DNA from: Elusimicrobiota bacterium
GTDB taxonomy: Bacteria; Elusimicrobiota; Elusimicrobia; UBA1565; UBA9628
NCBI GenBank assembly: GCA_026388095.1
Contig: JAPLKL010000041.1
Location: forward strand, 36,016 to 100,015
Length of the DNA stretch: 64,000 bases
Reading direction: 5' to 3'
Shown: positions 9,907 through 18,890 of the stretch, in pieces
Numbering within the stretch: position 1 is the stretch's first letter
How the letters are laid out: every line of letters starts with the position of its first letter
The notes under the pieces: model-generated
The model's database searches: none
What the model saw: the letters and a program-made list of their open reading frames with translations, nothing else
Told to the model about the DNA's origin: nothing
Translations under genes and position numbers: made by a program

Positions 9907-9993
9907 GTCAGATGTCCTCTCGGTTCGTCACGCTAAGGTCCCTCGGGATGTCCGGTCCCGGGCGGGTCCTGCCGCCGGCCACCCGCCCGCAGG

Positions 9994-10371
9994 TCAACCG
10001 CCAGGCGTCCGGCGCGACAGGAGCTGCTTGATGCGGATGGACAGCTCGGCCAAGTCGAAGGGCTTGGTGATGTACTCGTCGGCGCCCAGTTCGAAGCCCT
10101 GCTTCTTCTCCTCAGAGGAAAGGAAGCGTCCGGTCATCATGATGAGGATGGTCTGGCGCGAGCGCTTGCGCAGGGTCTGGCAGATCTGGAAGCCGCTGGA
10201 GTCCGGCAGCTGGATATCCATGATGACGACGTCAGGATCGACCTTCTTGGCCGCCTCGATGCCGGAGTGGGCCGCGCCCGCCTGGGTGCATTCGAATCCC
10301 TCCAGCTCCAGGACCTCGGCGAGGCTCTCGCGCAGGTGCGCGTCGTCGTCGATGATGAGCAGCTTGGCCAT
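9994..10371 (-). CDS. Single-domain CheY-like response regulator.
   Basis: The sequence MAKLLIIDDDAHLRE...DVVIMDIQLPDSSG...ITKPFDLAEL is a canonical receiver domain with no output domain. Confidence 0.85.
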   Translation of the reverse strand: MAKLLIIDDDAHLRESLAEVLELEGFECTQAGAAHSGIEAAKKVDPDVVIMDIQLPDSSGFQICQTLRKRSRQTILIMMTGRFLSSEEKKQGFELGADEYITKPFDLAELSIRIKQLLSRRTPGG

Positions 10372-10372
10372 G

Positions 10373-11173
10373 TTACCTCCGCAGTTCCGTGCCCGGCGGG
10401 ACCAGCTTGTAGCCGACGCAGGGGATGGTGGTGATGAAGCGCGCGGCCGATCCCAGCTTCTCGCGCAGCCGGCGGACGTGAACGTCCACCGTGCGCGGCG
10501 AACCGAAGTAGTTGTAGCCCCAGACGCGCTCGATCAGGTAAGGGCGCGAGAGCACCCGGTTCGACGAGCTCAAGAAGACGTAGAGCAGGTCGAGCTCCTT
10601 CGATGTCAGCGCCACGCGCTTGCCCGAGACGTGCAGGGTGTAGCTCGTCAGGTTGAGCTCGATGGGGCCCATCTTGATGATCTCTTCCGAGGCGTTGACC
10701 TGGGTGCGCCGCAGCACGGCCTTGATGCGAGCCACGCACTCCGCCGCGTCCCAGTTCTGGGACAGGCACTCGTCGGCCCCGGCCTGGAAGAACTCCAGGC
10801 GCAGGGAGGCGCCGCGGGTGCCCGGGGCCGCGATGGCCGGGGAAGGCTGGGACTTGGTGAAATAGCTGGCGTAGGCGGGCCGGACCACCGCAGCCGGCGT
10901 GGATGCGGGGGCGTCGGCGTGCTCCACCAGCGCGATGATGGGGAGCTGCTTCGTCGGCCCGCGGGAGCGCAGGGTCTTGACCATGGACACGCCGTCCTCG
11001 TCGACCAAGCGCTCCCCGATGAGGAGGAGCTCGCAGCTGCGGTTGGCCAGCAGGCCCAGGAGCTCCTTGGACTTCTGGGCCACGGTCACGGAGAGGCCGT
11101 TGGCCGCCATAGCCTCCAGGATGACCGCGGCCCGGTTGGGCTCGCGCGACGCGTAGACGACGTTCACCCGCAT
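10373..11173 (-). CDS. OmpR-family winged-helix regulator with a degenerate (pseudo-)receiver domain.
   Basis: The C-terminal trans_reg_C winged helix is clear (LTSKELDLLYVFLSSSNRVLSRPYLIERVWGYNYFGSPRTVDVHVRRLREKLG...ITTIPCVGYKL). The N-terminal REC-like region lacks the phospho-acceptor Asp (LLLIGERLVDEDG occupies the place of LLDxxMP) and carries a Pro/Ala-rich insertion. Confidence 0.75.
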   Translation of the reverse strand: MRVNVVYASREPNRAAVILEAMAANGLSVTVAQKSKELLGLLANRSCELLLIGERLVDEDGVSMVKTLRSRGPTKQLPIIALVEHADAPASTPAAVVRPAYASYFTKSQPSPAIAAPGTRGASLRLEFFQAGADECLSQNWDAAECVARIKAVLRRTQVNASEEIIKMGPIELNLTSYTLHVSGKRVALTSKELDLLYVFLSSSNRVLSRPYLIERVWGYNYFGSPRTVDVHVRRLREKLGSAARFITTIPCVGYKLVPPGTELRR

Positions 11174-11180
11174 GGTCTTC

Positions 11181-11615
11181 TTATTCCGCGGCGGGCTGGT
11201 CCTCGGCCGCCTCCAGTTCCAGGCGCACGGCGCTCATCCCGAAAGTATCCGAGAAGAGGTTGTAGAGCACGGACAAGACCAGGATGAGCGCGTCCATGAG
11301 GACCATGTAGAAGACCGCGAACATCAGCGTGGCCACCAGCTTGAGAGGCAGGGACATGCCGGCCGCGCTGAGGTTGGGCACGACCACGAAGCTGAGCAGC
11401 CCCCCGGCCAGGCCGAGGGTCCCCAGGACGGCGGAGAGGACCGGCCGGGCCGCGAAGAGGATCGCCAGGGCCGCCACGGCGCCCCCGACCACGGCCAAGA
11501 CGGTCGCCGCCTTGAGGTAGCCGATGAGGGCGAGGATGGCTCCGACCGCGACCCCGGTCGGGATCATCGGGTGGGTGTGCCAATACGGGTCGACGCGCTT
11601 CACTTGCTGGGTCAT
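11181..11615 (-). CDS. Small polytopic membrane protein (144 aa, about 4 TM) of unknown function.
   Basis: The ATG at 11615 is preceded by CAGGAGA 7 nt upstream. Four hydrophobic helices are present. The upstream portion of the track ORF is junk. Confidence 0.5.
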   Translation of the reverse strand: MTQQVKRVDPYWHTHPMIPTGVAVGAILALIGYLKAATVLAVVGGAVAALAILFAARPVLSAVLGTLGLAGGLLSFVVVPNLSAAGMSLPLKLVATLMFAVFYMVLMDALILVLSVLYNLFSDTFGMSAVRLELEAAEDQPAAE

Positions 11616-11709
11616 TTCGCTCTCCTGATAGTATCCTGCGTTAGGAAAGATTAACAATACTAATAAGAGAATACAAGCGGATTGCCGTTGGGGTGGCGAG
11701 CCAGCGCCT

Positions 11710-12822
11710 TCAACCGAAAGCCCGCATGCCGCCCGCCGGGCCGCCCTTGGGCTCGAAGAGGATGAGGGTCCGGCGCAGCTCGCCTTCCTCCTCCAGGTGC
11801 ACGGCCCGGACATGGCAGGATTCGCCGTGGAACATGGTGTCCGCCTCGACCAGCTGGTTGGGCCGGTCCAAGGCCACTCCCACCAGGCGCAGCACGTCCT
11901 GCTGCTGGCTGTCGATGACGTCGAGGAGGTGCATCTTGCCGTCCGCGCCGCCCGCCGCGGTCATGGGAAAATTCGTGAACAGGACCGAGTTGTCCTCGTC
12001 GACCACGATGGCCTTGTGGCTCTTGGCCACCACGGCGCTGAGGATGGACTGCCACCAGCGGGCCTCGGCCACCCCCCGCTGCTTCTCCTTGACCATGGTG
12101 TTGGCCACCTCGGCCTTCACCTTGGAGAGGAAGATGTTGATGACGTTGGCCAGTTCCCCGATCTCGTCGTGCCGCGGCGGGAATTTGAGCTCCAGGTTCT
12201 TGAACAGCGACAGCAGCGGGTTGAGGACGAAATGGTGGAGGAAGAAGTAGAGCGGGATGCCGAGCAGGAAGAGCACCCCCACCGCCCCGACCGCGTATTT
12301 GCTCATGGCCTTGTTGATGACCTTGACCACGCCCTCCCGGCTGATCTGCAGGTCGAGTATGCCCATGACCTCGCCGCGCAGCGCCAGGGGGATGGCGATG
12401 TCGTAGAGCGGCATCCCGGGCACGGCGCGCACCACCGGAGTCTTGGCCAGCGAGGCCTGCTCGATGGCGTCGGTGGGCAAGGACACCTCCTTGACGAACT
12501 GCTCGAAGGTGTAGGTGATCTTGCTGGGGTCGCGGAACCAGCGCACCTCGCCGAACTTATTGAGGTAGAGCAAAGAGGCCACCCGGTCGTCCTTGGAGAA
12601 GCGCATGACCACGTCGTGCTCGTCCATGGAGAGGGCGCTCTGGCTGCGGGCCAGGCCCGTGATCAAGGTGGGCGCGTAGAGGCGCACCATGTCGATGGCC
12701 TCCTGCTTGAGCTTCTCGTCGAAGGTCCACTTGAAGAGGTTGTAGTAGAAGATGCCGCCCAGGACCATGACGTAGATTCCGATCATGGTGAACCACATGA
12801 ACCACTTCGAGGAGAGTCTCAT
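11710..12822 (-). CDS. Membrane protein with a HAMP domain and an unknown C-terminal domain; a signal-transduction protein.
   Basis: The start is MRLSSKWFMWFTMIGIYVMVLGGIFYY (TM1). A periplasmic region follows, then TM2 (VGVLFLLGIPLYFFLHHF) and a HAMP-like amphipathic segment (PLLSLFKNLELKFPPRHDEIGELANVINIFL). No kinase or GGDEF output domain was recognised. Confidence 0.6.
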   Translation of the reverse strand: MRLSSKWFMWFTMIGIYVMVLGGIFYYNLFKWTFDEKLKQEAIDMVRLYAPTLITGLARSQSALSMDEHDVVMRFSKDDRVASLLYLNKFGEVRWFRDPSKITYTFEQFVKEVSLPTDAIEQASLAKTPVVRAVPGMPLYDIAIPLALRGEVMGILDLQISREGVVKVINKAMSKYAVGAVGVLFLLGIPLYFFLHHFVLNPLLSLFKNLELKFPPRHDEIGELANVINIFLSKVKAEVANTMVKEKQRGVAEARWWQSILSAVVAKSHKAIVVDEDNSVLFTNFPMTAAGGADGKMHLLDVIDSQQQDVLRLVGVALDRPNQLVEADTMFHGESCHVRAVHLEEEGELRRTLILFEPKGGPAGGMRAFG

Positions 12823-14171
12823 TGGGGGCTGCCGTAGAGGTTGTTGATGCGTTCCAGGCCAGCCTTGGCGTCGGGGTTGGCCGGGTCGAGCTGCAGGGCG
12901 TGCGTCCACTCGTTGCGCGCTTTCTCGAAGTCGCCCTTGTCGTAATAGATGATGCCGGAGAGGTAATATTGCTGAGACTGGCGCTTGTTCTCCTCGCTGG
13001 TCCCGAGCGCCGCGGCCGTCTGCGTGACATCGGTCTTGGCGGTGCCGGTGCTCGCCGAGATGTTGGTGGCCGCGGCCTTGGCGTCGGCTTCCGCCTTGGC
13101 CTTGGCCTCGGCCTCCACCTTGGCGACTTCCGCGGCCCGCTGCTTCTCCTCATCAGCTTTCAGCTTGGCGATGTCCGCGGCGCGCTTGCGGGCGGCGTCC
13201 TCGCGACGGACCTGCTCTTTGGCCCGGGCGATCAGTTGGTCGGCCGCCCTGGTGTCGTAGCCGTAGCCGACCGCCTTCTTCCATTCCCCCTGAGCCTCGT
13301 CGTATTTGCGCGACTCGTAGAGCTTGCGGCCCGCCACCAGGTGCTGGCTGGCCATCTCGGAGCGGATCTCGGCCTGCAGCTTCTGCGCCTTGGCGTTGCC
13401 CGGTCCCAGGGCCAGCACCTCGTCGAGCATCTTGATGGACTCGTCGATGAGGCCCTGGCTGTAAAGGTTGAGCGCGGTCTGGAGCTTCTCGTTGGCGTCG
13501 GCCTCGCGGGTCTCGGCCTCCACCTTGGCGATCGCCGGGACCAGGCGCGGGTAGCGCGGGTTGAGGACCAGGGCCGCGTACCACTGGTCCAGGCACTCGC
13601 GCAGACGGTGCTGCCGGTAGGCCTTCTGCCCGCGCCGGAAATGGTCGTCCGCCATCTCGCTGCGGGCCTTCTTGAGCCACCAGCGGGCCTTGAGGTTGCT
13701 GGGCGCGAGCTTGACCGCCTCCTCCCAGCGCCCGGTCGCCTCCACCAGGCGCCCCTGGCGGTAGAGCGCCATCCCCTCCTCGAAGCGGTCCTCGATGAGC
13801 TTTTGCTCCGAGGCGTACGGCTTGGGCGAGCCGTTGAGCTCTATGGTGGCGCGCTGCAGGATCGAGGCGTCCTCGTAGGCCGGGTCGATGGCCAGGATCT
13901 TGGAGGTGAGATCCCGCGCCCCGTTGAAGTCGCCCTTCCGATAGAGGTCGAAGGCGTTGTCGTAGACCCCGCCCAGGGTCTTGCGCATCATGCGCGCCTT
14001 CTCCAGCTGGATGGTGTAGATGTACTTCTTCTTGTCCTCCTCCGAGGTGATGGTGCCCAGATTGAGCTTGGCCATGTCCAGAAAGAGCCCGTCGGCGTCC
14101 TTGACCCGGGGGAGGTCCTGCCCCCAGGAAGCCGCCGCGAGCCCGAGCCACAACAGGAGTTGCCCGTGCAT
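12819..14171 (-). CDS. Secreted TPR-repeat protein, TadD-like.
   Basis: The ATG at 14171 overlaps the tadC stop (ATGA). The signal peptide is MHGQLLLWLGLAAASWGQ. Multiple TPR-like repeats follow (for example YRQGRLVEATGRWEEAVKLAPSN and YDKGDFEKARNEWTHALQLDPAN), and the C-terminus is Lys/Ala/Glu-rich coiled coil. The N-terminal ~300 aa of the track ORF are spurious. Confidence 0.75.
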   Translation of the reverse strand: MHGQLLLWLGLAAASWGQDLPRVKDADGLFLDMAKLNLGTITSEEDKKKYIYTIQLEKARMMRKTLGGVYDNAFDLYRKGDFNGARDLTSKILAIDPAYEDASILQRATIELNGSPKPYASEQKLIEDRFEEGMALYRQGRLVEATGRWEEAVKLAPSNLKARWWLKKARSEMADDHFRRGQKAYRQHRLRECLDQWYAALVLNPRYPRLVPAIAKVEAETREADANEKLQTALNLYSQGLIDESIKMLDEVLALGPGNAKAQKLQAEIRSEMASQHLVAGRKLYESRKYDEAQGEWKKAVGYGYDTRAADQLIARAKEQVRREDAARKRAADIAKLKADEEKQRAAEVAKVEAEAKAKAEADAKAAATNISASTGTAKTDVTQTAAALGTSEENKRQSQQYYLSGIIYYDKGDFEKARNEWTHALQLDPANPDAKAGLERINNLYGSPQ

Positions 14172-15082
14172 CAGAATCCCAGGCCTCCCGAGATGAGCGA
14201 CTTCATCATCGGCGCCAGCATCAGGATGAACACCGTGGGGAAGATGAAGATGAAGAGCGGGATGAGCATCTTGGTGGAGGCCTGGGCCGCGAGCTTCTCG
14301 GCCTTGTTGAGCCGGCGGAAGCGCATGTCCGTGGCGTAGTTGCGCAGGAGCTCCACCAGGCTGGTGCCCAGTTCGTCGGATTGGATGATGAGCCCCACGA
14401 AAGAGCGGATCTCCTGCACGCCCGTGCGCATGGCCAGGCGCTTGAGGGCGTCGCGGCGGGAGTAGCCCAGCGAGATCTCGTTGATCATCTTGCCCAGCTC
14501 GACTTCGAGCTCGGTCTTGGCCTTGGCGTTCTTGAGGATGCGGTCGATGGCGGTCATGTAGTCCAGGCCGGCCTCGATGGTGAGCGCGGTCAAGTCCACG
14601 AAGGTCGGGAAGTTGCGCATGATCTCGGTCTGCCGGGCCTTGATCTTTCCGTTGAACAGGGAGTCGGGGATGAAGAAGCCGACCAGGCCGAAGATCCCCA
14701 GGATCGGCGAGCCGGTCATGAAGTAGATGAAGCCGGTCAGTCCGGCGGCCAGCATCTCCTTGAGATGCAGCATATCCAGGGGAGAGGGCTTGTTGGGCCT
14801 GCCCATCATCATGTGCATCTCCTCGAGCTTGACGTCGAGGTGGAAGGTCCTGAGCAGGAAGAGGTCGATGCGGTCGAGCAGGCCGCCTTGCGGGTTGAGG
14901 CCCGAGAAGGCCGAGCTCATGCCCAGGTCCTTCTTGGCCAGCAGGGCCAGGTCGGACTTGTCCACATCGGGCGGCGGGGCCAGCAGCCGATGGATGGAGG
15001 TGTAGGCGGCCACCGACCCCAGCACCCCCACCACCAGGAGCAGGAAATGCACGAACTGGCCGCTCAGCAGGGTGTCGCTCAT
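14171..15082 (-). CDS. tadC: Flp pilus assembly protein TadC (T2SS F-domain inner-membrane platform protein).
   Basis: The protein has a T2SSF-type topology of about 300 aa, with one N-terminal TM and two C-terminal TMs (LIPLFIFIFPTVFILMLAPMM). It overlaps tadB by 4 nt. Confidence 0.85.
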   Translation of the reverse strand: MSDTLLSGQFVHFLLLVVGVLGSVAAYTSIHRLLAPPPDVDKSDLALLAKKDLGMSSAFSGLNPQGGLLDRIDLFLLRTFHLDVKLEEMHMMMGRPNKPSPLDMLHLKEMLAAGLTGFIYFMTGSPILGIFGLVGFFIPDSLFNGKIKARQTEIMRNFPTFVDLTALTIEAGLDYMTAIDRILKNAKAKTELEVELGKMINEISLGYSRRDALKRLAMRTGVQEIRSFVGLIIQSDELGTSLVELLRNYATDMRFRRLNKAEKLAAQASTKMLIPLFIFIFPTVFILMLAPMMKSLISGGLGF

Positions 15083-16590
15083 ACCTGGACATCCCCCAGC
15101 TTATTGACGATCTTCATGCCGATGGCGATCCACATCGTGCAGAACATGAGCACGCAGACCCCCAGCGGCGTGAAGTAGAAATCCTTCATCGGGCCCGGCT
15201 GGAAGGCGAACATGATGAAGAACATGACCCAGGGCATGACCCCCACCACGATGGCCTGGATGCGCTGCTGCGCGGTCATGGCCGCGGTCTTCTCGATGAG
15301 CTTGGTCTCCTCGCGGATGTTCTCCACGATGCGGTCGAAGATCTTGGTGAGGTTGCCCCCGACCTGGCGCTGGATGACCACGGCCTTGATCATGTAGGAG
15401 AGCAGCCGACTCTGCACGCGCTCCTCGACGCCCTCCAGCGCCTTCTCCAGGCTGGTGCCCAGTTGGTAGTTCTTGATGCAGAGCCCGAACTCCTCGGAGA
15501 TGGGCGGCTGCAGGTCCCGGTGCACCAATTCGAGGCATTGCACGAGGTCGATGCCGGATTTGAGGCCGTTGGACATCAGGATCATGGCGTCCATGAGCTG
15601 GGCCTCGCACTTCATGCCCCGCCGCCAGCGGATGTTGCGCAGCAGCCAGCCGGGAAGGATGAGCCCCCCGTATACGCCGAACCCGGTGAAGATCAGGAAG
15701 CCGAAAGGATCGAAGGTCAGCAGGCCGATGAGGACGCCCAGGGCCGCCGGCCCCCCCACCAGATAGTTGACCTTGATGGTGATGAACTGGCGTTCGTAGT
15801 CATGCGCCCACTCCTTGGCCTTGACCTTGTAATCCGCGACGTACTTGGCGATGCGCGGCTCGTTGAGCGAGCCCACGAACCAGAAGGCCGCGAAGAACAG
15901 GGCGATGCCGCCCAGCTTGAAGAGCGTGGCCAGCGCCAGCGCGGTCTTGCGGTCCCCCGGGGGCTCCGGAGGCGCGTAGCCCCGCGGCATGCGGTTGAGC
16001 ACGCGGAAGGCGTTGTCGGTCAGGCCCCCGACGGCCAGGACCGCTTCCCGGTAGCGGTCGGCGTCCGACGAAGTCAACGCGTCTATGACGCTGTCCATCT
16101 CCTTGAGGATGAGGTCGAAATCGGCCATCACCGCCCGGCCGCGGCCGCCCAGAGAGCTGCCCAGATGCGCGCGGTAGAGGCGGTCCAAGGACATCTGGAA
16201 CCGGATGCGGTTGTCGGCGTAGTCGCGGATGAGGGCCCCGGGCTGGAGCAGCTGGCCGCCGTCGGAGGGCAGGAAGGTCTTGCGGGTGAGCTCGAAGAAC
16301 TCGTAGAGCACCGAGACCGGGGCCTGCCAGAGCTGGGCCTCGTTGATGACCCCCTCCTCCGGGTCCTGCCAGACCGGCCTCTTGAGCATGGCATCGAGGG
16401 TCGAGTCGATCCAGGAGGGCACCGGCAGGCCGGGGTCGCGGTCCTTCTTGAAATAGTGATAGATGATCTGGCTCTTGGCCTCGGCCCCGTCGGTCTTGTC
16501 CACCAGGAACTTGACCTCCGCGGGCGAGAAGATCTGCGCGCCCGCGGGCGCGGCCATGAGCCACAGGATGATCCCGAGCCAGGCTCTCAT
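15079..16590 (-). CDS. tadB: TadB-like T2SSF platform protein fused to an N-terminal signal-peptide-bearing periplasmic domain of about 230 aa.
   Basis: The N-terminus [19 protein letters not shown] is a signal peptide and is followed by about 230 aa of unknown sequence. The C-terminal half has the TadB/T2SSF topology (LVGGPAALGVLIGLL..., IVVGVMPWVMFFIMFAF...). Confidence 0.8.
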   Translation of the reverse strand: MRAWLGIILWLMAAPAGAQIFSPAEVKFLVDKTDGAEAKSQIIYHYFKKDRDPGLPVPSWIDSTLDAMLKRPVWQDPEEGVINEAQLWQAPVSVLYEFFELTRKTFLPSDGGQLLQPGALIRDYADNRIRFQMSLDRLYRAHLGSSLGGRGRAVMADFDLILKEMDSVIDALTSSDADRYREAVLAVGGLTDNAFRVLNRMPRGYAPPEPPGDRKTALALATLFKLGGIALFFAAFWFVGSLNEPRIAKYVADYKVKAKEWAHDYERQFITIKVNYLVGGPAALGVLIGLLTFDPFGFLIFTGFGVYGGLILPGWLLRNIRWRRGMKCEAQLMDAMILMSNGLKSGIDLVQCLELVHRDLQPPISEEFGLCIKNYQLGTSLEKALEGVEERVQSRLLSYMIKAVVIQRQVGGNLTKIFDRIVENIREETKLIEKTAAMTAQQRIQAIVVGVMPWVMFFIMFAFQPGPMKDFYFTPLGVCVLMFCTMWIAIGMKIVNKLGDVQV

Positions 16591-18878
16591 TTGGGCGCCG
16601 TCCCCGGCGGCGGGGGGCCTCCGCCGGAACCCTTCTTCTTCTTGGTCTCGTCGCTCTCGTACATCTCGCGCGGCATCTTGATGCCCTTGAGTTTGAACTC
16701 CTCATGGAAGCTCGGGACGTAGTCCTGGCCCGTGTAGTAGCCGACGCTGCGGCCCTGCTCGTCCACGGACACCTGCTTGAACCGGAAGATGTCCTTGGTC
16801 TTGACCTGGTTGCCGTCCTTGCCCGTGATCTCCGTGATGTAGGTGACCCGGCGCTTGCCGTCCGAGAAGCGGGTGATCTGCACGATCATATGGACGGCGC
16901 TGGAGATCATGTCGACCAGGACGCTCATGGGCAGTTCGGTGCCCGAGAACAGGCACATGGCCGAGAGGCGCGAGACGGCGTCGTTGGGGGTGTTGGCGTG
17001 GATGGTGGCCAGCGACCCTTCGTGGCCGGTGTTCATGGCCTGGAGCATGTCCAAGGCCTCGCCGCCGCGGCACTCGCCGACCACGATGCGGTCGGGGCGC
17101 ATGCGCAGGCAGTTCTTGACCAGGTCGCGGATGGTGATCTCGCCCTTGCCCTCGATGTTGGGCGGCCGGCTCTCCAGGCGCACCCAGTGCTCCTGCATGA
17201 GCTTGAGCTCGGCCGTGTCTTCCACCGTGACGATGCGCTCGTCCTCCGGGATGAAGTTGGAGAGCATGTTGAGGAAGGTGGTCTTGCCGGTGCCGGTGCC
17301 CCCCGAGATGATGATGTTCTTGCGCAGCAGCACGCAGTCCTTGAGGAACTCGATCATGTCCGGGGAGACCGAGCCGAAGCCGATGAGCTGCTTGTAGGTG
17401 AAGGGCTTGGCCGAGAAGCGCCGGATGGTCAGGCTGGGCCCGGAGACGGCCAGGGGCGCGATGATGGCGTTGACGCGCGAGCCGTCCTTGAGGCGGGCGT
17501 CCACCAGCGGCACCGACTCGTCGATGCGCCGGCCGATGGGGGCCACGATGCGCTTGATGACCTGGATGACCTGCTCGTCGCTGCGGAAGCGGTTGGGCAG
17601 GAGCACCAGCTTGCCGGCCCGCTCGATGTAGATGTGGTCGAAGGAGTTGACCATGATCTCGTTGACGGTGGGGTCGCGCATGAGGGCCTGCAGGGGCCCC
17701 AGGCCCAGGATCTCGTCGACCAGCTCGCCGACGAACTGCTCGCGCTGCGCGCGCGAGAGCGGCAGGTTCGCCTCCCGCTGCAGGAGGTTCTCGATGATGG
17801 AGGAGACCTTCTTGTGGTTCTCGTCGTTCTGCCCCACGTCGTCCGAGATGCGGATGCGCTCGGTCTCCATGGCGGTCACGACCTGCTTGTGCATCTTGGT
17901 CTTGAGCTCGTCCCAGAACTCCGGGATCCCCGCGGCGGCCGCCGCCCCCGCCCCCGCGGTCTTGTTCGTCTCCGCCGCCGCGGTCTTCGCGGCGGTGCCG
18001 CCGCCCGCGCTGCCCTGGGGCTTCCAGAGGAAGTCGGCGCCCTCGCTGAACTCCTCGGCCGGCATGTAGCTCTCCCAGGACTTCGGGGTGGGCTTGAGCT
18101 CCATGGTCCGGCCCAGGATGATGCGCAGGGTCTTGACCCACTCGCTCTGCAGGTTCTCGACCACGAGGATCTTCTGGGTGTTGGCGTACTCGGGGAGCAG
18201 GTCCTCCCAGGGCATGTAGGCCAGGACCTTCTTCTGCATGGCGCTGAAGAACCGGTCGACCTCCTTGGGCGCCAGCGCCCCGGGGAGGTTCGCCGCGTTG
18301 ACGATGACCTCGAACTTCTCCAGGGGGAAGTGCAGGGCCTTGATCTCCTGGAACATGTTGTAGGTGGCCTCGAAATGGGCGCGTTGGGGCAGACAGACCC
18401 AGTAGATGAGGTCGGCCAAGTCGAAGGAGAAGATCTGCATCGGGAAGAAGGGGTCCACGTCCAGGAACAGGTCGTAGGCCTCGGCGAGCGAGCCCAGGAT
18501 CTGCACCACCAGCTGCGGGGAGAGGCTCAGAATCTCGGAGCGCTTGGCGGCCAGGGGCAGCAGGCCGACCCCCCACTGGGTCATGGGGATGCGGCCCTTG
18601 AGGAGCCTGCCCAGGCCGGTGGGGTTGTCCCCGACGAGCTGCGCCATGCTGGCCACGGTCGGCGGGTTGACCCCGAGCAGGTAGGAGATATCGTTGCGGC
18701 AGAGGGGGTCCATGTGGACGATGATGACCTTCCGGTTCTGGCTGCCGGCCCAGGCCAAGGCCAGGTTGAGGCACAAGGTGGTCTTGCCGACCCCTTCCTT
18801 GGGGCCGGTGAACACGAGCACCCGGCTCGGCTCCTTGGCGAGCCGCCCGGTCTCAGTCTCGGGCTTGACTTCTGCCAT
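16587..18878 (-). CDS. Fusion of a TadZ/CpaE-like ParA/MinD-type ATPase domain with the CpaF/TadA secretion ATPase (VirB11/PilB family).
   Basis: The N-terminal ~280 aa carry a deviant Walker A motif ([17 protein letters not shown]). An Ala/Gly-rich linker follows. The C-terminal half has the CpaF Walker A ([15 protein letters not shown]), Walker B ([12 protein letters not shown]), the Asp box and the His box ([12 protein letters not shown]). Confidence 0.85.
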   Translation of the reverse strand: MAEVKPETETGRLAKEPSRVLVFTGPKEGVGKTTLCLNLALAWAGSQNRKVIIVHMDPLCRNDISYLLGVNPPTVASMAQLVGDNPTGLGRLLKGRIPMTQWGVGLLPLAAKRSEILSLSPQLVVQILGSLAEAYDLFLDVDPFFPMQIFSFDLADLIYWVCLPQRAHFEATYNMFQEIKALHFPLEKFEVIVNAANLPGALAPKEVDRFFSAMQKKVLAYMPWEDLLPEYANTQKILVVENLQSEWVKTLRIILGRTMELKPTPKSWESYMPAEEFSEGADFLWKPQGSAGGGTAAKTAAAETNKTAGAGAAAAAGIPEFWDELKTKMHKQVVTAMETERIRISDDVGQNDENHKKVSSIIENLLQREANLPLSRAQREQFVGELVDEILGLGPLQALMRDPTVNEIMVNSFDHIYIERAGKLVLLPNRFRSDEQVIQVIKRIVAPIGRRIDESVPLVDARLKDGSRVNAIIAPLAVSGPSLTIRRFSAKPFTYKQLIGFGSVSPDMIEFLKDCVLLRKNIIISGGTGTGKTTFLNMLSNFIPEDERIVTVEDTAELKLMQEHWVRLESRPPNIEGKGEITIRDLVKNCLRMRPDRIVVGECRGGEALDMLQAMNTGHEGSLATIHANTPNDAVSRLSAMCLFSGTELPMSVLVDMISSAVHMIVQITRFSDGKRRVTYITEITGKDGNQVKTKDIFRFKQVSVDEQGRSVGYYTGQDYVPSFHEEFKLKGIKMPREMYESDETKKKKGSGGGPPPPGTAPK

Positions 18879-18890
18879 GACGGCGCTCCC

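Noticed and set aside
6802-9936. Very long plus-strand ORFs: 6802-9936 (1044 aa), 1146-3767 (873 aa), 16704-19628 (974 aa), 26623-29400 (925 aa), 52095-54344 (749 aa), and dozens of 60-500-aa ORFs antisense to the genes called above.
   Set aside because: Their translations are Arg/Gly/Ala/Pro-rich low-complexity sequence and they lie exactly antisense to well-supported genes (kinases, Tad ATPase and others). Such shadow ORFs are expected in ~70% GC DNA, where stop codons are rare in all frames.
11181-11615. Small 4-TM protein considered as the missing TadV/CpaA prepilin peptidase.
   Set aside because: It lacks recognisable A24 motifs (paired catalytic Asp in GDxK-like context). It is kept as a hypothetical membrane protein only.
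12819-15092. N-terminal extensions of many minus-strand track ORFs (12819-15092, 3695-5236, 4998-6557, 37428-39014, 38827-40335, 39969-41237, 42031-44232, 43653-45326, 45094-46077, 45800-46825).
   Set aside because: The extensions are Arg/Gly-rich read-through of the upstream gene in another frame. True starts were placed at internal ATGs that give signal peptides or canonical N-termini, often with 4-nt ATGA overlaps to the upstream stop.
16702-18774. 690-aa same-strand alternative-frame ORF overlapping the TadZ-TadA gene, and similar out-of-frame ORFs (42050-43366, 36464-36937, 5593-5922 and others).
   Set aside because: They are frame-shifted shadows of real genes with Arg/Pro/Gly-dominated composition, and no independent start signals are evident.
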